64,000 bases of DNA, taken from NCBI GenBank assembly GCA_030324005.1, contig JARDVH010000115.1, forward strand, positions 2,993,973 through 3,057,972. The letters run 5' to 3'. The DNA comes from Negaprion brevirostris (Eukaryota). Below the pieces are notes generated by a model that was not told where the DNA came from, did no database searches, and saw only the letters and a list, made by a program, of their open reading frames with translations. Shown here piece by piece: positions 12,230 through 24,246 of this stretch (position 1 is its first letter; each line of letters opens with the position of its first letter). The translations under genes and the position numbers were made by a program.

Positions 12230-12740
12230 AGACAAACTTGCATTGATACAGAATCTTTTACAGCATCAGGAAATCCCAAACAGCTCATTGTGTATTTTCA
12301 AAATGAAACCATGTTTGTAATTGCAGGAAAAGCAGAAGCCAATTTGCACACAGCAAACTCCTACAATATGACTAGGTTATTTGTTTGTGATAAATATTAC
12401 AGAAACTGGGAATCAGAAATAAAAAAAAAGTGGAAAAACTCAGCAGGTTTGACAGCGTCTGTGGAGAGATAAACTGGAGTTTGAATTACTATGGGTCTGA
12501 AGAAGTCATACAAAGTCAGTTAACTGCATTTGTTTGTGATATTGTTTAAGGGATAAATATTGACCTCATCGTTAGAGATTGTGGGAGAATCCGTCCTCGA
12601 GTCTTCTTTGAAGATTAACGTGTGATGTTTCACTTCCACTTGATAAGGCGGATGGGGCCTCTATTTAATATCTTATTTGAAAGGTGGCACCTCCAACAGT
12701 GCAGCAATCTCAGTGCAGTGCTGGAACTGGCCTTTAGAAT
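12230..12740 (-). mobile_element. Deu-domain SINE interrupted by a short Penelope-like fragment (about 12400-12520)
   Basis: AAAGACAAACTTGCATT...GCAGAAGCCAATTTGCACACAGCAAACTCC is followed by TTTGTTTGTGATA at about 12380 and again at about 12530, flanking the insert. Confidence 0.6.
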
Positions 12741-13694
12741 AAGGCTTGCACCCATGACCAATCATATTGAATGGCAGAACAGGGTCAGGGGGCTAAATGG
12801 CCCAATCTAGTTGCAGTGTTCTGACTGAGGGGAAAGTGCTACCCACTGTTTCTGCTTTGTGACGGCTAAATACATGTGAATTGATGTATTGTGTGTTAAC
12901 CTATTAAACAAAATTCAACACTGGGACTATTTTATGATTAATGTCCAAGTGTTGTCAATGATTTTAGTGTAGCATGATGTGTGTGAAATTTCTTATTGCA
13001 TCCGCTGAAATTCTACAAAATGCTCTTGATTTCAAACATGGGCTGTGTCAGAAGTGAACATTTTGAACTAAAATTTACAAGTGTCACCAATAATTTGGGC
13101 AATCTCAGGTGATAATTTGAACATGTTTTGCAACGTTAAGTGTGCTCACTCGTTTGATTGTGATACAATAGCAATGTGATAAATAAGCTGGGTGACAGTG
13201 GACAGACATTGTTAATGATCTTGGCCTGGAATAGATACAGGTTGGACTTGGGGCTCAGCCCAAGTATAGGGGAGCAAGTTTGGAGCTTTGAATTTATATG
13301 TTTTAGGTAATTTTACATTGGTGGTGCCCTGGTCAATGTTTACCTTTCAACCAACACCATTAAACAAGATGTGGTGGTTATTGTGTTATACTGTAAACAC
13401 AAAGTGCCAAATAAACCCAGGTCAGCCGCATCTGTGGAGAGAGAAACAGAGTTGATTTTTTGAGTTCATGTGATCCTTCTATAGAATCCATTGTTATAGG
13501 AGCTTGCAATGTGTAAATTGGTTTGCCTGTTTCCTACTTCACAACCGTTCCTACAAAAAACCTTGATTAGCTGTTGTGCAAGTGCAGGCCTCTCTAATGG
13601 AGTAGTACTATGTTAAAGGGACTAAATACGGTTTATAATTCACTCTGTGCATCTAAATGTAATTGATTGTGATGTTGAGATGCTTGGTGAGCCA

Positions 13695-14095
13695 GAAGAA
13701 AGAAATGTTTATGTAACTAACACCTTTCACAACCTCAGGCTGTCCCAAATTGTGTAGTGACCAATGAAGTAGTTTTGAAGTGTGGTCATTGTTGTAGTAC
13801 AGAAAACATGGCAATTGGTTTGGAACAGCAAGCTTTCTCAAACACCAGTGAGATGATAATCTGATCATCTGCTTTAGTGACGTTGATTAAGGGATAAGTA
13901 TTGACTTGGGAAAATTCTGTTCTTATTTGTAATTGTGCTGTATGATTTGTGTGAGGAGAGACGGAGACTCAATTTATTAGAAAGATGGCAAACCTTGTAG
14001 CACTCCCCTCACCTGTGGAGTGTCAAACCTGAACTTGCGTTCACTACCTCCTGACTGACACCCAAGTGCAAACTGCTGAGCCAAAGGCTGGCACT
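13695..14095 (-). mobile_element. Deu-domain SINE
   Basis: CACCTTTCACAACCTCAGG...CCAATGAAGTAGTTTTGAAGTGTGGTCATTGTTGTAG...TAAGGGATAAGTATTG. Confidence 0.7.
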
Positions 14096-16759
14096 AAATA
14101 AGTACAAATATTTATCTTTTGGCATACTTTGTAGCAGCTGATATAGGGTCAGGTAGTGATAGACTTGAAGCATTAAAAAAATGCACACTCATTTTGTGTG
14201 TGGGGGTAATGTTCCAGAATTAGAGCCAAGTCTCAATTTAAACAGTGTAATCAGTGCAGACCATCCATGGTGAAAATGACTGTGTTTACTGAAGGTAATG
14301 GCAGTTTGAACCTTCCATTAGAGCGAGACTGTAAGAGTACAGTACTCCAAGGCTAAATGACAGCTTCTCTGAGGCACAATTGTGAGCTTGGCCTCCGTTG
14401 CTAGGATGCAGCTTTAATAGTCTCTTTGAGTAAGTGATTATGCCCCCTGGACAGATACTCCAGGAGCTTGTGCACCTGTGCAATCTTCATTTGGGGATAA
14501 AGCTCTTGACTAATCTCCTGGAAAAACTGTTTTATGTTGAAGTTTTATTTGGTTTGAAAATCTGAGACAGAAAATATTGAGGTTTTTTTTGTCTCGTTGC
14601 CCCGTTTAGAATGTGACTTGAGGTCCTATATAATTGCCTGTGCTGGGTGAATGCATTCCAGGTATGTGTATGGTATGAGGCTGTTTACATACATAGATGC
14701 TTTGAGCCACTGCCAACTGGGGCTAATGGCAGTTTACCCACTGTCCACTTGTGCTCTGTTGCAATTGTGGTTTTGTTTTGTGAGTATGTATCTCTTATCT
14801 GCAATACTTGAAAAATAATTAGTTACACTGTTTGTAGGAGTACTCTCCCTGTAATCATTGAGTGCAAAATTCATACAAAAGCGATTCAGCTCATTCGGTG
14901 ACTTGATTCACATAGTACCCTTAAAACAGTAACGCTCCAACCAAACATTTTGGCATGTTTAATCTGCTCAACCACAAATGGAGATATGACCGGTGACTAA
15001 AAGCTTGATCAAAGAGGTTGATTTTCAGGAGTGTCTTAAATGAGCAGAGGGTGGGAATTCCTGAGCTTGTGGCCTAGGCAGCTGATCAGGCCTCTCTGAC
15101 TTTTATCCCTCTGGCCTTGCAAAGTCTCCCATTCCTAACAATTTTGCAGCCTTGCCAACCCTACTTCAGCAGCTCCCTTGAGCTGCATACTGTATGGATA
15201 TTGTTGCAGTTTCTAGTGCCAGTGAGGCTTTGTGTGATCTTTGCATTTATTTGCTGTGTGCCACTGACTTTCCCAAAAATATCCAAGTTTGATCTGTCGT
15301 TTGAGGCCAACTGACTTTATGAAGAGAGAAATGGGGTGATTCTGACTAGGCTGATGGCTTTGTATTGGCTATACATGCTGCACATTCCAGTTGATGTTTT
15401 ATAGTCTAGAGGGTGTATTAATTGCTGTCCGAGGTATTTAAATATTTAATTCATTGTCAGGACGTGGTTGCTCCAGCAAGGCTGGCATTTATCACTGACC
15501 CCTAGTTTCCGAGAAGATGGTAAGTGGATCATCTCCTTGAATGTTGCTGCTGAAAGACTTGCTGACCACTTCAGAGCCCAGTTACGAATGACCCGGGCTA
15601 TGTGGGATTGGTATTGCGTGTACCCAGTGAGGGAGAAGGCAGCTTGTGTCCTCCCTGTAAAGGCATCAGTGAACCAGTTGGGTTTTTGCAGTAAATTCTC
15701 AAATTCTCTAAATCATTATTCCAGGTCTCTAAATCTCAAGCCCAGTACAAGCATTACAGCAACATACCTAAGAGACAGATGTACATATTATGCCTTCCTG
15801 CTTCCAGTATGATTATCAGATCAGATACCAACAACTATGTATATAGCACAAGACCCTTCTCCAGCAATTGTCCATTTTCAAAGCCTATCTGTACAAGTCT
15901 TTCAGGCAGCAGGCTCAGCGAGCTGAGTGAGGAGGCTGTTGGCCAATCTAAATGGACCATGAAATATATGTTTCTATATTCTTAATCCTCCCTTTTGACA
16001 ACTGGCTGCTCACTGTTCGAAGCTTCGTGTGAGCGTGGGTGTTCTGGTGTTTGAAACAGAGATTCCAATTGTCCTGAGATTTTGAGAAGATGGAATTTTA
16101 AGAATATAGCCTTGAATGTCTGGGATATTTTTCATGAGCACGAAACAGGGTAACCGCACCCCCCCCCCCCGCCCCTTCCCCAAATCAATAAGCATGTGTT
16201 TTGATGGTTACTGGAAGAGATTTATATTGCATTGAAACATGAATGATTGATACTCTGCAGCTGTCTTCCTGTCAATGAATATAATTATGTCCTACCTTCT
16301 CGCACTTTTCACTCTGGCCCCAATTCTCATCAATGCTGCAATGATTCTGTCTGACCTTTCACAGCTGGTTGTATTCGAGAAACAAATAGAGAGATTTTTG
16401 GACAGTAAGTAAATAGTGATATAGAGATGTTTTAGGAAGTGGGAGTCAATGTAGAAGATCAGCTTGTTGAATGGTGGAGCAGGCTCGAGGGGTTAAATGG
16501 GCTACTTGTGTTCCCATATCTTGCGTGCCCCCCACACACACACCACCTCAGTTGTTCAGCTGATCAATTTTTTGTTCTCTTTAGTGAGCTGAGATGGTGT
16601 GGGAAATTAGATTGTATGGAGACATCAGAACTCAACCCAGTTTAGTTCACACACTTTAAGAAAAAGTTTGAAGTCATTGTCCCCCCCACTCTCCCACTTC
16701 CTCCAATGTTCTTTCTAGCACTTTAGACAGGGTAAACCTTCTCATCTGTGGGAGCTGAG

Positions 16760-19700
16760 TAGTTAATTAACTAACTGGTTTAATCTTGTTACTGTATTCC
16801 TTCAGTTAATAATTTCAGCTCATACCATGCGGTAAAGCAAATGGAGTGCCGTAAAAAAGCTGAGTGCTAGCTTTGAGTTTGGTAAGTTGGGGAGTTCAGT
16901 GAAGGGGAAGAAGCAGGTGTTTGTTTCTCTTCGCTTTTTCCAGTTTATCCTTTAGGACTGATGCGTACTCTACAGGGAAAGCATCGATCTGATGAGAATC
17001 TGTAAGCGGGTAAGTTTTGCTCTATCTTACATTTTAAACACTTAAAATATATGAAAAGCACCATAGATAATTTAAGTAATTGTTTAAAACATTAAAATGA
17101 TGTGCCAAGACTGCAGCATGTGGGGGCTCCTGGATAACACCGATCCAGGGAAAGAAATCTGCAGTGTTTGTGGCTTGAGGAACTTGGCTCAGAGTCATCA
17201 AGCAAGAGGCTGAGCTGCAGACACTGCAATATATCAGGGAAGGGAAAAGTTATCTGGATTCTTTGTACAGGGAGGCACTCATGCCTCTTGAGAGAATCTT
17301 TTGATTTAGTCAGTGGTCAGGGACAGTAGTGTGACTGTGACTGAGCAGCTGAGGGAACACCGGGCAGGAGTGTCAATCTCTGCAATTGTCCAACAGGTTT
17401 GAGGTGCTGTCGGCTTGTTTGGATGCGAGTTGTGGCTGAAGAGACTGACAGACACTGGCACAGGAAGCCATTCAAGTGGGAGGAGCACATAATGTAGTTG
17501 TAGTACACACAAAATCACAAACCAGAAATAGAAGCAGGTGTAGGCTATGAGGCCCTTCAAACCTGCCCTGCCATTCAATGCAACGCTGGCATCAGCTACT
17601 TAATTGTGCCGTTTCCCCATTGCTCTGTATTCTTCGATCTATCCAATATTTATCCACCTCCACTTTAAATACTTCTAATGATCCAGCCTCCATCACCTTT
17701 TGGGACAGAAAATAGGGGACAATATAGTGAGAAGGATTGACACTGTTTTCTAGCAAGGGGCCAGAGTCCAGGCGGCTGGGTTGCCTGCCGAGTGCCAGGT
17801 TTTCGGATATCTGCTCCAGCGTGGAGCAGAACTTGCAGTGGGAAGGAGAAGATCCAGTGATCGTGGACCATGTAGATACCAGCAATATGCAGAACATGAA
17901 AGGAGGTTCTATGTAGTCAGTATGAGAACTAGGCCCCAAATTAAAAGCAGAACCTCCAAAAGATAGTAATTTCTGGATTACGCTGAGCCATGTGCAAATT
18001 GGGCATAGGATGAATCGGATTTGAGAAATTAATGCTACAAAAATAGGGCAAAACTAAAGACTTTGTATCTAAGTGCACCTTGTATTCAAAACAAAACAGA
18101 TGAGCTTAATAAAAATTGTGATCTTGTGGCCATTACCAAAACATGGCTATAGGATGACATGATTGGGACCTTAATATTGGGGAGAATGTGACATTTAGGA
18201 AGGACAAAGTTAAGAACAGGTGGAGGGATGGCCCAAGTTCGAGATCAGGATGTAGAAGCTGTTTGGGCTGAGATGAGAAATGATTGAGGCAAGAAGTCAC
18301 TTGTGGGAGTGGTGTACTCCTTAATTGTAACTGCATGGTAGGTATGAAAAAAGAGAGAATGGGAGCTTGTCAGATAAACATGGGGGATTTTAATTTGCAT
18401 GTAGATAGCCAAGGTAGAGTAGGTGAGGATTTCATAGAATGTTTTTTGACTAGTTTCTTAGACTAACATTTTCTGGAGCCAACTAGAGAGCAGGCTATAC
18501 TAGACTAGGTATTGTGTAACAAGATAGGGTAACTTCATAGTGAAGGCTTGGTAGTAGTGACCATAATATGATGGAACTTTGAGTTCTGTTTGAGGGAGAG
18601 AAGAGTGTATCCAAGACTAGCATTTTAAACTTAAATATGGACAATTATGAAGGCATGAGGCTAGCTTCAGTGAACTGGCAAATATGCTGAAGGGATAGAT
18701 CATTGGAGGCTCAGTGGCAGACATTTAAAAGGATGTTTCAGAAAATGCAGAATAAAAGCATTCTAATGCAAAAGAATGAACTCAAGGCGAGGGCTTATCT
18801 GTGGTTAACTTAAAAAAAAGTTCAAGATCATATTAAACTTGAAGAAAAAGCATATATTTGTGCAAAAATGTGTGGTAGGTCAGATATAAACATAGATCAG
18901 TGCCGGGGCATCAACACTTTGCAGTTTCTATGTGACGTTTGAAGGGATTGGAGGTCTGGTTGCTAAATTTGCTGATGACAAAGATAGGAAAGAAAATAAA
19001 TGCTGAAGCGAACATGAGGCTACAAAAGGACATGGACAGCACGATGCACACTGGCACTGCTGTCTCACAGTGCCAGAGACTCGGGTTCAATTCTGGCCTC
19101 AGGTCACTGTCTGGAGTTTGCACATTCTCCCTGTGTCTGTGTGGGTTTCCTCCTGCAGTCCAAAGATGAGTGGGTTAGGTTGATTGGCCATGCTAAATTG
19201 ACCCTAGTGTCAGCGGGGATTTTCTGGGTAGGTATGTGAGGCCACGGGAGTAGGACCTGGGTGAGATTGTGGTCGGTGCCGACGTGGTGGGTTCGTTCCC
19301 TCTCCACTGTAGGCTAAAATGACTCTAGGTGAGGTGAGTGGGGAAAATCTGGCAAATGGAGTACTTAGTTTCATGCTCCAAAATTCTGATTCTGGTTCCC
19401 TGTGGATGGATAGATAGACAATTCAATCCTGTTTTTTCAGGAAGGAGGGAGAGAGAAAGCTGGGAACTATAGACCAGTCTTTCAGACTTCGTGAAGGAAA
19501 AATGTTAGCATCTATTATTAGGGATGTGGTAGCAAAGCAAAATTATGATTAGGCAGAGTTGAAGTGGTTTTATGAGAGGGAAATTGTAAATCGTTTGACA
19601 AATCTATTGAGGTTTTTGAAGATGTAACTAACAGGACAGATTAAAGGGTGGAGGGAACCAATGGGTGAAGTACATTGGGATTTTCACTGGCACCTGATAA

Positions 19701-20400
19701 GAGATGCATGACAAGGTGCCGTTGCGTAACATATGAGGTGATATAGTATTGTGGCTTGAAGATTGGTTAACAGAAAGTGGTAGCACTGAGGAAGTTATTT
19801 TTCAAATGCAGGATGTTGACTAATGGCTGGAATTTTACTAGCATGCCTGCCCCAACTCTGGGGAGGGCAAGGCTCAGAGAACAGCATTCTCCATTGGCCT
19901 TGGGCAAGATCGTACGAACCTTGGGTGAACATGCCAATAAAAGTCTGCACATGAAGTACCACGAGGCTCTGTACTCAGCTGTTTACAATCTGCATCGATG
20001 ACTTGAATGATTGGGCCAAATGCAATAGATTCAAATTTGTTGGTGATACAAAGCTGGATAGGAAGGTAAGCTGTGAGGAGGACATGGGCTGCAAAGGGTA
20101 TAAAACGGTTAAGTGAATGGGCGAGAAGATGGCTGAAAGAGCAGATGTAAAATGATCCATTTTGGTAGAAAGAATAGAATTATTGATTTCTATGGTGGGA
20201 GGGCTATCCTATGAGGTAAGATTGAGCAGAATCGGCTTAATTCTTTAGAAGTTAGAAGATTTGAGAGGTGATCTCATGGAAACATACGTAATTAAGGGAT
20301 TTGACAGGGTACATGCTGAGTGGCTGAATCACCTGGCTAGGACTGGACATAGTCTCAGGATAAGGGTTCAGCCCTTTCGGATTGAGATGAAAAATGTATG
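16760..20400 (+). mobile_element. Near full-length, heavily decayed CR1-clade LINE (ORF1 remnant, AP endonuclease and RT remnants) with nested insertions
   Basis: Ordered remnants: Cys-rich ORF1 start (about 17100), esterase-like segment (about 17770-17890), endonuclease DLVAITKTWL (about 18120) and MGDFN (about 18380), RT KFVGDTKL (about 20033), CR1 3' part (20200-20400). Many stops and frameshifts. Confidence 0.75.
19050..19330 (+). mobile_element. HE1-like V-SINE inserted in the CR1 LINE
   Basis: GCACTGCTGTCTCACAGTGCCAGAGACTCGGGTTCAATT (B box), GGAGTTTGCACATTCTCCC, GATTGGCCATGCTAAATTG. Confidence 0.85.
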
Positions 20401-20495
20401 GATTCTTTGTCGGAAGGTTTGAGAATGCTGCCAGACTTGTTGAGTATTTCCAGTATTTTTCTACTTCTATTTCAGCATCCCCAGTATTTTGTTTC

Positions 20496-21496
20496 ACAGT
20501 GGGTAGCATTGCTGCCTCACAGTGCCAGGGACCTGGGTTTNNNNNNNNNNNNNNNNNNNNNNNNNNNNNNNNNNNNNNNNNNNNNNNNNNNNNNNNNNNN
20601 NNNNNNNNNNNNNNNNNNNNNNNNNNNNNNNNNNNNNNNNNNNNNNNNNNNNNNNNNNNNNNNNNNNNNNNNNNNNNNNNNNNNNNNNNNNNNNNNNNNN
20701 NNNNNNNNNNNNNNNNNNNNNNNNNNNNNNNNNNNNNNNNNNNNNNNNNNNNNNNNNNNNNNNNNNNNNNNNNNNNNNNNNNNNNNNNNNNNNNNNNNNN
20801 NNNNNNNNNNNNNNNNNNNNNNNNNNNNNNNNNNNNNNNNNNNNNNNNNNNNNNNNNNNNNNNNNNNNNNNNNNNNNNNNNNNNNNNNNNNNNNNNNNNN
20901 NNNNNNNNNNNNNNNNNNNNNNNNNNNNNNNNNNNNNNNNNNNNNNNNNNNNNNNNNNNNNNNNNNNNNNNNNNNNNNNNNNNNNNNNNNNNNNNNNNNN
21001 NNNNNNNNNNNNNNNNNNNNNNNNNNNNNNNNNNNNNNNNNNNNNNNNNNNNNNNNNNNNNNNNNNNNNNNNNNNNNNNNNNNNNNNNNNNNNNNNNNNN
21101 NNNNNNNNNNNNNNNNNNNNNNNNNNNNNNNNNNNNNNNNNNNNNNNNNNNNNNNNNNNNNNNNNNNNNNNNNNNNNNNNNNNNNNNNNNNNNNNNNNNN
21201 NNNAGTGGGTAGCATTGCTGCCTCACAGTGCCAGGGACCTGGGTTTGGGTCACTGTGCGGAGTTCGCATGTTCTCTCCTTGTCTGTGTGCATCAGGTGCT
21301 CTGATTTTCCCCCCCACAGTCCAAAGATGTGTGGGTTAGGTTTTCTGATTATGCTAAATTGCCCCTTAGTGTCAGGGGGACTAGCTAGGATAAATGCATA
21401 GGGTTCTGTGGATAGAAACTGGGTGGGATTTTGGTCGGTGCAGGCTCGATGGGCCAAATGGCCACTTTCTGCATTGTGGGATTCTATGATTCTATG
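20496..21496 (+). mobile_element. HE1-like V-SINE with CR1-type tail; head duplicated across an assembly gap
   Basis: Full body at 21204-21496 ending GGATTCTATGATTCTATG. The same head sequence precedes the gap at 20498-20540. Confidence 0.85.
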
Positions 21497-21522
21497 GAAA
21501 ATGGGCTCGTTCATTATAGAGA

Positions 21523-22040
21523 CAATAAGGAATCTCACAACACCAGGTTAAAAGTCCAACAGGTTTATTTTGTAGCAAAAGCCACTAGCTTTTGGAGTGC
21601 TTGCTGCTCCTTCGTCAGGTGAGAGTTCTGTTCACAAACAGGGCATATAAAGACACAAACTTAATTTACAAAATAATGGTTGGAATGCAAATCTTTACAG
21701 GTAACTAAGTCTTAAAGGTGTACACAGTGTGAGTGGAGAGAGGGTTAAGCACAGGTTAAAGAAATGTGTATTGTCTCCAGCCAGGACAGTTACTGAGACT
21801 TTAGTGTACCTTTAAGACGACTTTACCTGTAAAGACTTGAATTCCAACCATTATTTTGTAAATTGAGTTTGTATCTTTGTATGCCCTGTTTGTGAACAGA
21901 ATTCCCACTCTCCTGATGAAGGAGCAGCAAGTGCTCTGAAAGCTAGTGTCCTTTACTACCAAATAAACCTGTTGGATTTTAACCTGGTGTTGTGAGACTC
22001 CTTACTGTGTTTACCCCAGTCCAACTCCGGCATCTCCATA
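21523..22040. mobile_element. Non-autonomous Penelope-like element: inverted pseudo-LTR pair plus about 33-nt tail, hammerhead motifs
   Basis: Inverted arms of about 200 bp (21523-~21725 and ~21804-22007). TSD TCATTATAGAGA at 21511-21522 and 22041-22052. CTGATGA...GAAA core at 21913-21941. Confidence 0.85.
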
Positions 22041-23259
22041 TCATTATAGAGAGCCAGTAGTAAAATGAGTTTGCCATGCGCTCAATCCAATTTTTATTAG
22101 GCATGTGCATAGTATCAAACTGCCTTTCAATCACTCCATTGCATGTAGTAGAATGCTTTGGAGCATCCAGTGATAAATGACACCAAAGATCATGCCACAG
22201 TCAATGCACATCGGAGAAATGCTGTGCTAGTGTTGGAAAAGATACCACTCCAAAGTTGGGGTTGATGTATGTGTCAAAAGAGATTGTTACTCTGCATCAA
22301 CCTGTGCCAAACTTAACTTGGCTATCCTTTATGGGAGAGCGTGGAGGACATTACTCTGTCTGACTTGGATGTATTTTGAGAGTCGTGCAGGGAAGCTCCT
22401 TCTTTTATTCAAGCTGGGAATACTAGTTATCTGAAATAATGTGTATTCTATTTCCTAGAACTAGAACACCTGAGCATTTATTAAATAAATAAATCACCAA
22501 AAGATGTAATCTGGCTGTGAAATGTCAGATTAATTAAGTTTTTAAAACTTCTGATGAGCACTGGTGGATTTTTGCTTTTGAGGTTTAACATCCAGTATTC
22601 TCCATCTGCGCCTTGTCAAATGGAGAAGGAAGATAGGTTGAGTATTGTGAGTTATGCTGTGAGATGATATTTAGTTTCACTGTCCATTGCAGAGGTTATG
22701 GTATATTCCAGTGTGCAATAAAAATGAATCTCGCTGTAGTGCAAATTGCATGCTACAAAAGCACTTCAAGTCATGTAATTCGATCACTGATTTTGCAAAT
22801 GGAACTGAACTACCCCACAGACTCTTGGCTTGTACACATCATACAGAACAAAACTGGCTGGAGTGTCTCTCGAGGGTGTAATGCACTGCAGTGCTTCAGC
22901 TGAATCTGTTGGGCTGTTGTTCTTTTGGGTTGTGTAATTTGAGTTCCTGTGTCAGACAGCATGAAGTCCTGCACTTTATACATTACTTGTGTGCCTCCCC
23001 TCACTGCAACGATGCAGTACAGACTTTGTGTGTTGTATGAAGTTTGACAAACTTGGAGACTGGGTAATAGATGAGATGCTATGTTGCATGATCATTTCTC
23101 ATAAGTGCATTAAAATGAAACTATTTCCAAATGTTCCCTTGCTGAAGATTTGGACTCTGGATCACCTTATTGAAGTGGATGTGTTTGAACCCAGGCAGAT
23201 GTAATTGGCATTACTGCCTCAAATTCTTGTTCAACATTTAAACATACCCATTCTTTGAT

Positions 23260-23675
23260 GGTTTGAGCGGGTTAAGTATGAGGGCAGGTTGCATAAACCA
23301 GGCTTATATTCGCTTGAGTACAGAGAGATGATCTGATTGAGGTGTTTAAAATTTTAAAAGGATTTGATATGAAAGCTATTTCCTTTAGTGGATAAATCAA
23401 GTACAAGTGGTGACATAATCTTAATTAGTACCAGACTATTCAAGAGTAAAACCAGGAAGCACATTCGCAGATGGGACAGTGGGAGCTTTGATTCTGTAAA
23501 AAGATTGTGGAAAGATTGAGACTTTCAACACTGAATTCTGTGGACTTGTTTGTGGAAGGATATCCAGGGACATGAAGCTAAGGGAATTAAATTACGTGCA
23601 GACCAGCCATGACCTAACTAAATGATGGCATGCAGGCTCAAGGGGCTGACTGGCTGCCTCCTCTTCCTATGTTTC
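23260..23675 (+). mobile_element. CR1-clade LINE 3' fragment
   Basis: GATCTGATTGAGGTGTTTAAAATTTTAAAAGGATTTGA...CAGCCATGA...CAGGCTCAAGGGGCTGA...CTTCCTATGT. Confidence 0.7.
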
Positions 23676-23707
23676 CAACTCGCCTGGTTGCTGTATCCCT
23701 ATGAAAT

Positions 23708-24246
23708 AGTAAGAAGTCTCTCAACAACAGATTAAAGTCCAACAGGTTTACTTGGTAGCAAAAGCCACCAGCTTTCAGAGTGCTGCTCCTTTGGCAGGTA
23801 AGTAGACANNNNNNNNNNNNNNNNNNNNNNNNNNNNNNNNNNNNNNNNNNNNNNNNNNNNNNNNNNNNNNNNNNNNNNNNNNNNNNNNNNNNNNNNNNNN
23901 NNNNNNNNNNNNNNNNNNNNNNNNNNNNNNNNNNNNNNNNNNNNNNNNNNNNNNNNNNNNNNNNNNNNNNNNNNNNNNNNNNNNNNNNNNNNNNNNNNNN
24001 NNNNNNNNNNNNNNNNNNNNNNNNNNNNNNNNNNACCTGTAAAGACTCGCATTCCAACCATTATTTTGTAAATTGAGTTTGTGTCTTTATATGCCCTGTT
24101 TGTGAACTGAACTCCCACTTATCTGACAAAGGAGCAGTGCTCAAAGCTAGTGGCTTTTGCTACCAAATAAATCTGTTAGACTTTAACCTGGTGTTGTGAT
24201 ACTTCTTACTGTGCTTACCTCAGTCCAACACCGGCATCTCCACATC
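23708..24246. mobile_element. Penelope-like inverted-repeat element, same family as 21523-22040; central gap
   Basis: Same arms and tail (CAGTCCAACACCGGCATCTCCACATC). Near-TSD ATCCCTATGAAAT (23695-23707) and ATCTCTATGAAAT (24247-24259). Confidence 0.85.

Noticed and set aside
20252-21538. Long ORFs (260-428 aa) and an apparent SINE head duplication
   Set aside because: The ORFs run through N gaps. The identical sequence on both sides of the gap most likely reflects an unmerged contig overlap.
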